Assembly: GCF_001194135.2 (NCBI RefSeq)
Contig: NC_068990.1
Location: forward strand, 95,602 to 159,601
Reading direction: 5' to 3'
Source of the DNA: Octopus bimaculoides
Taxonomy: Eukaryota
Length of the DNA: 64,000 nucleotides
In this document: positions 12,640 to 24,880 of the stretch, piece by piece
Layout of the letters: each line of letters starts with the position of its first letter
Position numbering within the stretch: the first letter of the stretch is position 1
The notes under the pieces: model-generated
The model's database searches: none
Seen by the model: only the letters and a program-made list of their open reading frames with translations
What the model was told of the DNA's origin: nothing
Made by a program: the position numbers and the translations under genes

Positions 12640-14449
12640 TGTCAACAAACACTCCTTGAGACCTTCTTTTCAGGTGCTGAATACCATCTCTCCTTCCTAT
12701 GTTCCCTCCCACACCCCTTTCCTAGTTCTCCGAGTTGGCACTGTCGATGTATGCACATTGAAAGGTAGGTCTGGTGAGATAGAGATTCTTGACTGGAGGC
12801 ATGTTGATGTATATTGCATTCAAGAGGTAAGGTGAAGGGGAGCTTCAGCCAGGTTCCTCACAAGCAAGACACATAAGTATAAAATCTTCTGGGAAGGTAA
12901 CAGTGACAGAGTAGGTGGTGTGGGTATACTTTTTGCAGATAAATGGGTGGATAAGGTCATAGAGGTAGTCAGAGTGTATGACAGAGTACTTAAGCTCAGG
13001 GTAGTTTTTCAGAATAGTTCAGCGACAATTATCTCTGCTTATGCCCCCCCCCCCAAGCGGGTCAACCAAATGAACAAAAGGACTACTTTTATGATATTCT
13101 TCTGCAGGCTACCTCAAAGACAAATGACGATAATCTTTGTTACTAAGGATTTCAGTAGGCATGTTGGGAAGTAGCCTGGTATCTTTCATGGTGTACATGG
13201 GGGCCATGGAATTGGTTCCCCAAATGAAGAGGGGACAAGGCTGTTGGAATTCTTTGATGTGAATAACCAACTTCAGGAAGCCAGCCAGTCACCCACCTGA
13301 TAACCTACCACTCAGGTGACCACGCTGGCCAGATTGATTTCATTCTCGCCAGACAGTGAGATACATGGTTGCTCATAAATATAAAGACCTTCCCTGGTGA
13401 AGAATGCACCCCTCAGCATAGACTACCCAGAAGGGTGCCAAGAAGCAGACAAATCTGGAAAAGAAGGATTTAGAAGCTTAAAGACCCTTTATATGGTCAG
13501 AGAGTTAGAGACACTCTAATTGAGAAATTTGACGAGAGGGAGGAGGAACTACAGACTTGTAACATAGAGGCAACTGGGAATTCCTGCAGGACAGCTTGCT
13601 AAGTGCCACAGACCAAATATGTGGCTGGTGCAAAGTCCTATCTAGACCTAGGGTGATGTGGTGGAATGATGTAGACAAGGCCATTAGAGCAAAGAAACAG
13701 TTTTTGAAGGACTGGAAGTGTGGGGGGTAGCAGGGAACTGTATCAGATAGCCAGAAGGGAAGCTACGAGACTTATATCTAGCCAGGAAAGAAGCAGAAAA
13801 GAAGTTTGCCTATGTTCTGCGACATGAGGACCAGAGACTTGAAGTGTTTCAGATCGCAAAACTGTGTGAAAGAAAATTGTGATGTCATAGGAGAGAAATG
13901 TGTCTGCTTGGATGATGGTGCACTTGCATTTAATGATTCTGCAAAGAAAGAGGCTTGGAAATGCCATTATGAAAGGCTACTAAACATGGAAAATGAATGG
14001 GAGAAGGAGAGTCTGCCAAATATTGACCTGATTGAGGGACCAGCTATCTGAATCGACAGTAGCTTAGTAGATAAAGCAAATAAGAACATGAAGACAGGGA
14101 AGCCCCTGGCCTATCAGGAATCATAGCTGAAATCTGGTGGAGTAGGATATAGCCTAGTCACCTGTATCAGGTTGTCCACGAGGGAGTCATACCCAACGAT
14201 TGGTGTAGCAGCATTATAGTCAAATGCTACAAAAGCAAAGGTGACACCTTAGACAGGAGTAATTAGAGAGGCATCAGATTGCTGGTCCAGATCATGGAAG
14301 TCACAGAAAGGGTCATAACTCAATTAATTAGCAAGGTGTTTCGTAACTGGCATGTAAAAAGCATTCACTACACTCTTGGAGTGGTTGGCGTTTCCAGTCA
14401 AACCATCTAACCCATGTCAGCATGGACAACGGATGTTAAATGATGATGT
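12640..14449 (+). mobile_element. RTE-clade LINE remnant: APE endonuclease, linker and RT start, fused to the 3' tail
   Basis: LRVGTVDV, YCIQEVR, GGVGILFADKWVDKVIEV, IISAYAP (APE). EGVIPNDWCSSII and RGIRLL (RT N-part). Jumps at about 14335 to a shortened tail ending GTTAAATGATGATG. Confidence 0.9.
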
Positions 14450-14717
14450 TAAAATTTAGACATTTTCATTATGCATACAGTCTTCCAAGTCATGTATAAT
14501 GGCAGTAATTTTTAAAGAATTGACTTCATCTCTGACAATCTGTCCAACTTATAACAAATCCCTGCATGGAAAGCGGATGTAAAAGGATGATAAAGATGAT
14601 GAGAATGTCTTCAGTTTCTTTCCATAAGTAATATTGTTTATTTCTCGACAAAACAATTAAGAATAATAAATAATAGCTCTCAAGATAGAAATAACAAATG
14701 TACAAGAAAAGAAATAT

Positions 14718-15275
14718 TCGTGATGGCACCGGTGCCAGTGGAGCGCTAAGAGCACTGTCCGAGCATGACCATTGCCAGAGCAGCTGTCTGGCTTCCGTGC
14801 CAGTGGCCCGTAAATAGCACCATTTGAGCGTGATCGTTACCAGCGTCCCCTTACTGGCACTTGTGCTGGTGGCACGTGAAAAAACATTTGAGCAAGGTTG
14901 TTGCCAGTGCCGCTGGACTGGTTCCTGTGCAGGTGGCACATAAAGTACACCATTTTGAGCGTGGCCGTTGCCAGTACCGCCTGACCAGCCTTCGTGCCGG
15001 TGACACATAAAAGCACCCACTACACTCTCTGAGTGGTTGGCGTTAGGAAGGGCATCCAGCTGTAGAAACTCTGCCAAATCAGNNNNNNNNNNNNNNNNNN
15101 NNNNNNNNNNNNNNNNNNNNNNNNNNNNNNNNNNNNNNNNNNNNNNNNNNNNNNNNNNNNNNNNNNNNNNNNNNNNNNNNNNNNNNNNNNNNNNNNNNNN
15201 NNGTCCTCAGTCAGATCGTCCAACCCATGCTAGCATGGAAAGCGGACGTTAAACGATGATGATGATGATGATGAT
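14718..15275 (+). mobile_element. RTE-type 3' UTR with about 60-bp tandem units and a young conserved tail (spans a gap)
   Basis: About 4-5 imperfect units of GTGC(C/T)GGTGGCAC(G/A)TAAA..CACCATTTGAGCGTG..GTTGCCAGT, then AAGCACCCACTACACTCTCTGAGTGGTTGGCGTTAGGAAGGGCATCC...GTTAAACGATGATG. Confidence 0.85.
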
Positions 15276-15364
15276 ACATGTGTATAGATGTGATTTACTT
15301 TTCCATTAAGGTAAGGCCAACAAAAATAGTATTCCATGCAATGAGAGATAAAAATCATTTAAAT

Positions 15365-15400
<36 letters not shown>

Positions 15401-15481
15401 CATATACAGATTGCAATGGTTAAATTGTTATTTCATGTTTTTAATTTCATGCATGCGCATTGTTTTTGATTTTGTCGACTA

Positions 15482-16256
15482 CACAGTATAGTAGGTCAGT
15501 TGGGCACTGTTTGTGAGAAAACAGTCTCATGACACAATTCACTCTGCCAGAAATTTGGAAACGACATGCTGTACTGCTTGGCATTCGTGCTGGAAGTGCC
15601 AATACAAACATTTCAGAGTGCTTGGGTGTCAATCTGAGGACATGTACTGAGGGTGATAAAAAGCAAGCATCCAGTAGGCATCATGGTGCTTGGAGTGATC
15701 ACTAGTGATGGTGACGTTATGCCCCCATTCATCTTCCCACATGTCGTCAGACTCAACACGGAGGCCTACATCAAGTGTCTGGAGGAGGTAGTGCTGTCGA
15801 GAGGGTGGTTGCTAGTAGACCCTATGTTTGGCAATAGGACTCTGCTTCGTGCCACACAAGCAGGAGAAGCCAGCCATGGCTGCCAGACAATTTCTGTGAC
15901 CACATCACTCCTAACATCTGGTTACCTAACTCTTCAGATTGCAACTCCCTTGATTATTATGCGTGGGGCGCAGTTGAGTGAGAGTCCAACAAAACTTGTA
16001 ACACCAAAAATGAACTGAAGGCAAGGGTTGTGGCAGCATTCACCAACTTAGACAAGGAGACTTTCCAGAAGAGTCGCAATAGATTCCGAAGTTGTCTGGA
16101 GGCTGTGGTTGAAGCGAATGACGATTGTATTGAATAAATTTACTCTTTAGTATTTCAAGATATTTTTATGCAATTTTGATAAATATATCTGTTAAAATGA
16201 AATGTTAGTGTTATTTTTATTTTTGTGTAATTTAGACGACAGTTTATTCACTGCAC

Positions 16257-16258
<2 letters not shown>
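15482..16258 (+). mobile_element. Internally deleted maT-family (DD37D) Tc1/mariner transposon
   Basis: N-terminus MTQFTLPEIWKRHAVLLGIRAG jumps to KSKHPVGIMVLGVITSDGDVMPPFIFP. Q*DSASCH...NSSDCNSLD has exactly 37 residues between the Asp codons at 15838 and 15952. C-terminus RLEAVVEANDDCIE*. Confidence 0.85.
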
Positions 16259-16293
<35 letters not shown>

Positions 16294-17485
16294 TTATAAA
16301 TATATAGTCCAACCTAAGTTAGCTTGGAAAACGGATGTTAAATGGTGGTGTTACACACGCACACACGATAAAATGTAAGTATATTTTAGGATTTTTCTAT
16401 ATTAGAATGTTAATTTTGACAGAGAGATAGTCTCCCAGCAGGAACATTACTGGAGCATCATCACTGCACGTTTCTACACCAGCATATGGTTGGACTGGTC
16501 ATCATGGTTACTGCTCTCCTTCACTCGTCCAGATGACTGCGCTTTGCTCATACATTTCGCTATTAAGTTAGTGTCTGGTTGGATGCCCTTCCTGGCCACA
16601 TCATAAGGATATGTGAGTGAAAGGAGTAGGTGTATGATGTTAGTGTTGAGAGTATGGGAGAGGAGAAAGGTGGGTGAATATCGATTAAGATGGGAAAGAT
16701 ATTTGAACTGTTTGTATATATGGGAGGTTGGTTTGACCACAATAGGATAGACCTCCAAAATGTGTGTGACATTCTGGTTGATAACCCCATTGTTATACAG
16801 TAATCTCTTATTTGTTTCTTAACATGCTGTCAGGTAAATGTGTCCAGCTTGTGTCTCTGTCCAGAGTATTTCACACTACCATGAGTAGGTGTGAACTTTG
16901 CCCATTTAGACAATATTTTATATTTCTGCTGGATTGTTAACAGTTGGTATCAACAGATTGGACATATGCCTTACAATTGCTTTTGTTTGGTCACATAAAT
17001 GTTATTCTGGTGTATGCTTTAAAATTTTTGGAATTTCTAAGGCATTGGCATAGCTGTGTAGTTATGAACTTCGTTTTATGACCCCGTAGCTTTGGTTTCA
17101 ATTTCACTGGCATTTTGGGTGTCTCCTACTGTAGCTTTGGGTGTCTCCTACTGTAGCTTTGGGCCAACCATAAAGGAATTTGATTTCGAGACTGTAGAAA
17201 ACCCATCATGTGTGTGTGTTTCAGTATACTTACTCCACACTTGCCACTGCCTGAGTGAAATAGTGGTGGTGAGGTTAACATTCCTTGTTGATATGACTAT
17301 TTCCTGAACAATAGGTAGGTGTTGGTGACAAGAAAAGCATCCTGCTGTAAGATCCTGCCTTAAATAATTTCCCATCCATGCTCACACTAGAATGGAAATG
17401 AAGTTAAACAAGGCATTCTTTATCAATATAGTGGCTAAAAACAACTTGCTTTACACTGAGGCAATTTGGAAAGTCAGTAATTTTC

Positions 17486-17650
17486 ATCATCATTTAACGT
17501 CTATTTTACATGTTGGCATGGGTTGGATGGTTTGACCAGAGCTGGAGAGCTGCACCGGGTACCAGTCTAATTTGGCTTGGTTTCTACAGCTGGATGCCTG
17601 TCCTAACTCCAACCATTTTACAGTGTGTGCCAGGTACTTTTAATGTGGCA
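17486..17650 (-). mobile_element. RTE-type 3' tail copy
   Basis: CATCATCATTTAACGTC..GCATGGGTTGGATGG..GGATGCC is the reverse complement of the conserved tail. Other minus copies at about 31225-31320, 36845-37050, 40755-40910, 48240-48400 and 59938-60125. Confidence 0.85.
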
Positions 17651-17666
17651 CAGGCACTCTTGTCTA

Positions 17667-18045
17667 CTCTTTTACTTGTTTCAGTCATTTGATTGCAGCC
17701 ATGCTGGAGCACCACCGTAACAGTTTTTTTAGTCAAGCAAATCGACCCCCAGAACTTATTTTTTGTAAGCTTAGTATTTATTCTATCATTTTCTTTTGCC
17801 GAACCACTAAGTTATTGGGACATAAACACACCAGCATCGGTTGTCAAATGATGGTGAGGTGGGGGTGGTGTGACAAAAACACAGATACACACAAATTCAT
17901 ACATACACACACACACACACAATGGGCTTCTTACGTTTTCCATTTACCAAATCCACTCACAAGGCTTTGGTTGGTCTGAGGCTATTGTAGAAGACACTTG
18001 CCCAAGGTGCCACACAGTGGGACTGAACATGGAACCATGTGGTTG
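17667..18045 (-). mobile_element. tRNA-derived SINE, type 1 tail, 5'-truncated
   Basis: Reverse complement of the 20508-20926 family, with an internal (CA)n tract. Confidence 0.8.
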
Positions 18046-19159
18046 AGAATGTTTTGCTTTGATTCTAATTTTTGTTATTATTTCTCTTCACCTCTCAACA
18101 CTTGAAATTCTTTTAACCAGGAGAGATTCTCTAGCTATTTTACTTTTTCATATGTTGTTATATATATATANNNNNNNNNNNNNNNNNNNNNNNNNNNNNN
18201 NNNNNNNNNNNNNNNNNNNNNNNNNNNNNNNNNNNNNNNNNNNNNNNNNNNNNNNNNNNNTATATATGTTGCTGTTTTTTTCTTCAGTCTGCATTCAGAA
18301 ATACATTGGACTTTGTATTGTTTCCTCAATTCTTAAGAAACACGGCAGAATGTTATTGAGTCCCTAAATTGTGAACAAATGCAATGTGTCTGCTGATACT
18401 GTATGAAGAGGGAGCTTCTGTGTAGTAGCTTGATCTACTAGAAATAGCAGTTAGTTCTCCCTCAAATCCTACCTATCTTAGAAAGAAAGGACACATTGAA
18501 GATCATAGCCAGTTTTCTCTTTGCTTTTGATCATAGGTCTGCTGAATCAGGATTGACTTAATGCTAATAAAATTACTATGTCTGTTATTGAACAGCTGTG
18601 AGGTCTCAGCCATTCATAAATTGCTGCAGCGTTTACTTCTGCAGCAGCAGCCTGCCATACAAATGAACAATGGTGGACATTCGAGAAAATTAAGTAGTAT
18701 GTGTGTCAGAGTTGACATAACTGTTGTTGTTGTAGTAGTAGTAGTAGTCTTAGTCTTAGACCAAAGGTTGGAAGGAAATGGTTGTGTGACAATAGTCTAC
18801 TACTACTACTACTACTATGTATGATTTGGTAACATGTACCATGCTTTTTGCTAATTTTATTTTGAATGCCTATGAAGTCATGAGCAGGTATCAACACAAT
18901 CTCAGCTCTTGCATCCTTTACCAAGAGGAACATTCAGGAGGTGGTTGTTGGAGGGAGGGAGGTTCGCACCCACACTCAAATGGTACTCATTTTCAGCTGA
19001 GTAAACTAAAGCAATGTGAAGAAGTGCTTTGCTCACCAATGTAATGATGTGCTGTTTGATTCAGAAATTGAATTCATGACCTTCTGATCATGACTCCAAC
19101 ACTCTAATCATTGGGTCATGCTCCATCACACATATTTCTATGTCTATATATGTATATGC

Positions 19160-19320
19160 ACAGGCATGGCTGTATGGTTAACGATCTTGCTTTTCTAGCT
19201 CTGTGGTTTTGGGTTCTATTCCACTGCGCAGTGCCTTGGGCAAGTGTCTTTTATAATCCCATGCTGACCTAAATTTTCTGAGTGGATGTGTTTGATGAAA
19301 ACTGTAAAAAGCCTTTCGTG
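19160..19320 (+). mobile_element. tRNA/CORE-like SINE 5' half
   Basis: GCACAGGCATGGCTGTATGGTTAA...GGTTCTATTCC...CCTTGGGCAAGTGTCTT. Confidence 0.7.
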
Positions 19321-19342
19321 TGTGTGTATATATACGTATATA

Positions 19343-19344
<2 letters not shown>

Positions 19345-19401
<57 letters not shown>

Positions 19402-19403
19402 AT
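19345..19403. repeat. (ATCT)n microsatellite
   Basis: Direct reading. Another at 28503-28560. Confidence 0.97.
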
Positions 19404-19799
19404 NNNNNNNNNNNNNNNNNNNNNNNNNNNNNNNNNNNNNNNNNNNNNNNNNNNNNNNNNNNNNNNNNNNNNNNNNNNNNNNNNNNNNNNNNNNNNNNNN
19501 NNNNNNNNNNNNNNNNNNNNNNNNNNNNNNNNNNNNNNNNNNNNNNNNNNNNNNNNNNNNNNNNNNNNNNNNNNNNNNNNNNNNNNNNNNNNNNNNNNNN
19601 NNNNNNNNNNNNNNNNNNNNNNNNNNNNNNNNNNNNNNNNNNNNNNNNNNNNNNNNNNNNNNNNNNNNNNNNNNNNNNNNNNNNNNNNNNNNNNNNNNNN
19701 NNNNNNNNNNNNNNNNNNNNNNNNNNNNNNNNNNNNNNNNNNNNNNNNNNNNNNNNNNNNNNNNNNNNNNNNNNNNATATATATATATATATACGACAA

Positions 19800-19955
19800 G
19801 CTTCTTCCAGTTTCCATCTACCAAATCCACTCACAAGGCTTTGGTCGGCCTCAAGCTATAGTAGAAGACACTTACCCAAGGTGCCATGCATTGGGACTGA
19901 ACCCAGAACCATGCAGTTGGGAAGCAAGCTTCTTACCACACAGCCATGCCTTTGC
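19800..19955 (-). mobile_element. tRNA/CORE-like SINE 5' half
   Basis: Reverse complement of the 20508-20670 head/core. Confidence 0.8.
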
Positions 19956-20129
19956 CTATATGCGCGTGCGCACACACACACACACACACACACATATGTG
20001 GTACTGAGACTCCTGGTGGTTTGCTGTGCTTGAAAAGACAAGCCAAACTGAGTAAAAGCGTGGTTGCCCTTGCATACAGGCTTGTCCCTTGTAACCCTCT
20101 CTAGCTGAGCATCCCTAATCTTGTGGGCT

Positions 20130-20342
20130 CATAAGTGCTGGTGCCATGTAAAAAGTACCCATCCAGTGTTGTGTAAAAGCACCCCCCCAGTACACTCTTT
20201 AAAGTGGTTGGCATTAGGAAAGGCATCCAGCCATAGAAACCATGCCAAAACAGACATGGAGCCTGAAAGACCCTTCAGCTGGTCAGCTTTTGTCAAACTG
20301 TCCAACCATATCAACATGGAAACCGGACGTTAAATGATGATG
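20130..20342 (+). mobile_element. RTE-type 3' tail copy
   Basis: GTGGTTGGCATTAGGAAGGCATCCAGCCATAGAAACC...GGACGTTAAATGATGA. Confidence 0.85.
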
Positions 20343-20507
20343 TGTGTGTGTCTGTGTTGTTTGTCCCCACCACTGCTTGACAACCAGTGTTGATTTGTTT
20401 AGCAAAAGAGATTGATAGAATAAGTACCAAGCTTTAAAAAAGAAGTATTAATGTTGATTTATTTGACTAAATCCTTCCAGGTGGTACCCCAATGACTGAA
20501 ATAAGTA

Positions 20508-20926
20508 GGCACAGGAGTGGCTGTGTGGTAAGTAGCTTGCTTGCCAACCACATGGTTCCGGGTTCAGTCCCACTGTGTGGTGCCTTGGGCAAGTTTCTTC
20601 TACTATAGCCTCAGGCAAACCAAAGCCTTGTGAGTGGATTTGGTAGAAGGAAACTGGAAGAAGTCTGTCATGTGTGTATATATATATATATATGTGCATA
20701 TGTATGTGTGTATATGTTTGTGTGTCTGTTTGTCCCCCCACTATTGCTTGACAACTGATGCTGGTGTGTTTACGTCCCCGAAACTTAGCAGTTCGGCAAA
20801 AAAGACCAATAAAAAAAGTATTAGGCTTACAAAGAATAAGTCCTGGGGTTGATTTGCTCGACTTAAGCCAGTGCTCCAGCATGGCTGCAGTCAAATGATT
20901 GAAACAAGAAAAAGAATAAAAGAATA
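20508..20926 (+). mobile_element. Near full-length tRNA-derived SINE (CORE-like), type 1 tail
   Basis: A-box-like TGGCTGTGTGG, B-box-like GGTTCAGTCCC, and a CCTTGGGCAAG motif as in MIR/CORE SINEs. Internal TA/TG tract; tail GTGCTCCAGCATGGCTGCAGTCAAATGATTGAAACAAG. Relation to the described octopus OR-type SINEs is inferred. Confidence 0.85.
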
Positions 20927-20933
20927 TGTAATT

Positions 20934-21368
20934 GCAGGCAGGCTGTGTGTTAAAAAGTTTGCTTCCCAACCATGTGGTTTTGGGGTCAGTCTTACTGCGT
21001 GTCACCTTGGGCAAATGTCTTTATAGCCTCAGGTCAACCATAGTCTTGTGAGTGGATTTGGTATACAGAAACTGAAAGACGCCTCTTATATATGTGTGTG
21101 AGTGTGTTTGCGTCCTCTTTCCCCTCTTTTTCTTGGTACATACAGTCTGTGTGTTTCACTTTTTGGGTGGAGTGACCCATATCTAGTTAGCAACTAGATA
21201 TGATCTAGATTCCATGATCCTGTGAAAACCATACCTGGGCATGGGAAAATATTATCGTGCTTGGAAACTGGTAAGGGCATCATAGCTGTTGCAGGAAGGA
21301 TATCTGGCTATTGCAAGATCTGCTTCAATAAACTTTGACGTATGCAAGCATGGAAGAGTGGACATATA
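20934..21368 (+). mobile_element. Same SINE head with an alternative, RTE-like type 2 tail
   Basis: Head/core as at 20508, then GGGAAAATATTATCGTGCTTGGAAAC...GCAAGCATGGAAGAGTGGAC. Similar copies at about 28695-28980, 41360-41720, 22440-22830 and 52690-53035 (minus). Confidence 0.75.
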
Positions 21369-23671
21369 TTTTGTACAACTGTGTGTACACAGGAGTGTGT
21401 GTATATGTCAGGATATCCTATAATTAATGTTTTTTCTTGATAAATTTAAAAGTTTATGTAATCACCATATTACCACTACAACTGCATTGTCCTTGGTACA
21501 TGAAGATGTGAGGATAACTCAGTATCTTCACATTATTTTTCTTATTATAGCAATTGATAAGTTAGAGTCTCTTACGCCTTTTCTTCCTCTAGTTTCAAAT
21601 GCCTTACAAAGGTCGTAGGTGCTATTATTCCTCCTATGATGAAGCTGCCAAGAAAGATAAAACAAAGTGGTGCTAGTGTTATGAATGCCAAGTGTTCTCA
21701 GATGGTTCCCAGAAGTTTTGAAACCTAAAAGTGACATATCTTCTTCAGCAACCCTAGTATGTGCTGTCCAGTTCATATCAGCATGGAAAATGGACATAAA
21801 ATGATAATACTGACAGTGATTATGATAACTACCATTTAACAGATGCTTTTTTTGTACTAAGTACCCTGTTGACTTTGGTAATAATCTATTAATGAAGAGA
21901 ACTGTTGTGACTAATGAAGAATTAGACATTCATGTAATCTCTTATCATTAATCAACACTTCTAATAGCTTTGTATAAGTAATTAATTAATTAATTAGTTC
22001 TAACCATCTATGATTAAGCAAAACCTCTGCCCTGGCAATACCTGGTTGAATGTTTGCAGGAAGTCCACAGTTTCAGCCCCCTCAATCTGCTGCTGCTGCT
22101 GTGTGCTTCAGTCTGTTTGTGGTACTCTGCTGTATGCTTAGTGTTTAATCAGTGTGGGTGTGTTGTTGACTCATAGTCAAAGTATGTTTTATCTTCCATT
22201 TTGTTGCTTGCTCTTGAAGATTCAAGTGAGTCATGCCATTCAGTTGAGATAGTGAGGTGGAGTCTGTTCAATTCCTTGAGCTTCATAGGAGAATGTTTGG
22301 CAGCCCAGCATTATTTAATCCGAGTGTTCCTATTTTCTATGTATCTATCTTCTGTTATTTTAATTTGGTGAGAGGTGATAAGTATTTTTAGAATAATGCT
22401 CTATTATGATTATTGGCTGTGTTTAGGAATTCACTCTAGAACCGAGTTTGTTCACACTTTGTGGTACTGCAGATAGGTATTCTCTAGCGTAGCCTCAGGC
22501 TGACCAATTCTTTTTCAGTTAAAACTGGTAAAGGGGTTGGGATACATAGGTGTGGCTGATTGTATTTCTGGTTTCTCCTTGTCTTGATGTTTGCGCTCTC
22601 ATTAAAAACATAGTCACCATTCCATACCAATGGTGTCATTGTCTAAAGTCTGTTACAAAAATATGTCCAGCCATTGAACTGTTTATTGTCCAAATGACTA
22701 GCTGAAATATTACTTTCCTTGGAAACAGGCAAGGGCTTGTAACATAAAGAGCATCTTGCTGTAGAAAAATCTACCTAAAATTGCGTCTGCCCCATGAAAG
22801 TGTGGTAAAATGGATAGTAAAACGATAATGATGATTGTTGTAAACATCCACTTGTGAATATTCAATATGTTCAGTGATAGGAAGTCTGGATTTGTGCCAT
22901 TGGAGTTGTAGAGAAATTCATTTTTAAACAGGGTACAGGGACATGGAAATGTTTTAGTATAGGGATTGTTAAGCAAGGCATGTTTAGTATAGGGTGTTTG
23001 TTCTGGTTAGTGATTCATGGATAAAAAGCAGAAAGGCTTGTAGCCAATGTTCCATTGAAGCTGCACAATTGTACAACCACTGTGTTGGTGCTGTGCACAT
23101 AAAATGTTGCCAATCATTTTAATTTACAAATGTGTACCTGATGAGCTGCCTTAAAAATTTGGCTGCTGCTCATTTGAATCTAAGTTATTTTTACTGATTG
23201 CATTGAAAGTTCAGCTTGGTGGTTATGAAGAATTAGAGAGAAAACCTAGCCTCGAGTAGTGATTTGAGTTGTTTTGCTTTTGAAATACAGCCAACTGTAA
23301 AACATGTTATTTTAAAACTATATTGTTAATGTTCTAAGCTGTTTATGAATCATAAATGTGGCTGACTTATAGTATCTCTAAGGATTGGAGCAACTCATCA
23401 AGATGACTTGGTTCTCTGTTTGCCAGATGTAGTTATTAAAACATTTTTTTTTACTTACTGGGTTTAGAATAAGGGGCAGCACCTATGACCTTTACACAGA
23501 CTCTTCTAGACTGATGTTATTAATGCTCTTCTTGAACATTAGTTAGTCAACATCTGGAGGGACTTCCAGAGGGATGATATTTTGGGAAGGTGAGATTTGG
23601 TATAAGGGTTAGTGTTAGGCTTGGTGGGGTTGTATGGACATAAGATACAGTGTTGAATAGAAGAGGCACAG

Positions 23672-23707
<36 letters not shown>

Positions 23708-24060
23708 NNNNNNNNNNNNNNNNNNNNNNNNNNNNNNNNNNNNNNNNNNNNNNNNNNNNNNNNNNNNNNNNNNNNNNNNNNNNNNNNNNNNNNNNNNNNN
23801 NNNNNNNNNNNNNNNNNNNNNNNNNNNNNNNNNNNNNNNNNNNNNNNNNNNNNNNNNNNNNNNNNNNNNNNNNNNNNNNNNNNNNNNNNNNNNNNNNNNN
23901 NNNNNNNNNNNNNNNNNNNNNNNNNNNNNNNNNNNNNNNNNNNNNNNNNNNNNNNNNNNNNNNNNNNNNNNNNNNNNNNNNNNNNNNNNNNNNNNNNNNN
24001 NNNNNNNNNNNNNNNNNNNNNNNNNNNNNNNNNNNNNNNNNNNNNNNNNNNNNNNNNNNN

Positions 24061-24217
24061 AAGCACCCACTACACTCTCTGAGTGGTTGGCGTTAGGAAG
24101 GGCATCCAGCTGTAGAAACTCTGCCAAATTAGACTGGAGCCTGGTGTTGCCATCCGGTTTCACCAGTCCTCAGTCAAATCGTCCAACCCATGCTAGCATG
24201 GAAAGCGGACGTTAAAC

Positions 24218-24299
<82 letters not shown>

Positions 24300-24880
24300 T
24301 ACATACATACACATGCATATATACATATATGTATGCATATTGGTTACACGCAACTGGCACCTGTGCCGGTAGCATGTAGAAGCATCCATTATACTCTTGG
24401 AAGGCTTGGCGTTAAGAAGGGCATCCACCCATAGAAAGCATGCCAAATCAGACTGGAGTCTGGTGCAACCCCTCCTCTGATAAGACCATCCAACCCATGC
24501 CAGCATGGACAATGGATGTTCAATGATGATGATGATATGTGTGTATGTGTATATATGTGTGTGTGTGTCTATCTATATATACATATGTGTATGTGTGTAT
24601 AGATATGTGTATGTATGTATATGTGTATGTGTGTGTATATATATGTAAATATTTGTGTATATATGTGTGTAAATGTACCTGTGCCATGTAACAGTTCCTA
24701 TCCATTTCCACGTAAAATGCACCCAGTATACACTATAAAGTGGTTGGCATTAGGAAGGGTGTCAACCCATAGAAACCATATCCAAAATGGACTTGGATCT
24801 GGGGCAGCTCTTCAGCTGGCCAGCTCCTGTCAAACCATCCAACCCATGCCAGCATGGAAAAAAGATGTTAAATGATGATA
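24061..24880 (+). mobile_element. Three consecutive RTE-type tail copies separated by microsatellites
   Basis: Tails at about 24061-24250, 24350-24537 and 24690-24880, each ending (GAT)n and running into TA/TG tracts. Confidence 0.85.

Noticed and set aside
19282-20033. Long ORFs spanning N runs (also 147-741 and 23539-24163)
   Set aside because: Open only because gaps contain no stop codons.
21528-21929. 133-aa minus ORF containing DLCKAFE (RT-like)
   Set aside because: Single short motif with no other RT motifs in register.
22050-22430. Possible Penelope GIY-YIG C-terminal remnant on the minus strand
   Set aside because: Only vague similarity (ATKWKIKHTL) amid many stops; cannot be supported without a profile search.
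23135-23185. CTGATGA followed by a short hairpin (also near 60000)
   Set aside because: No GAAA after stem II and no NUH/stem I, so not hammerheads.
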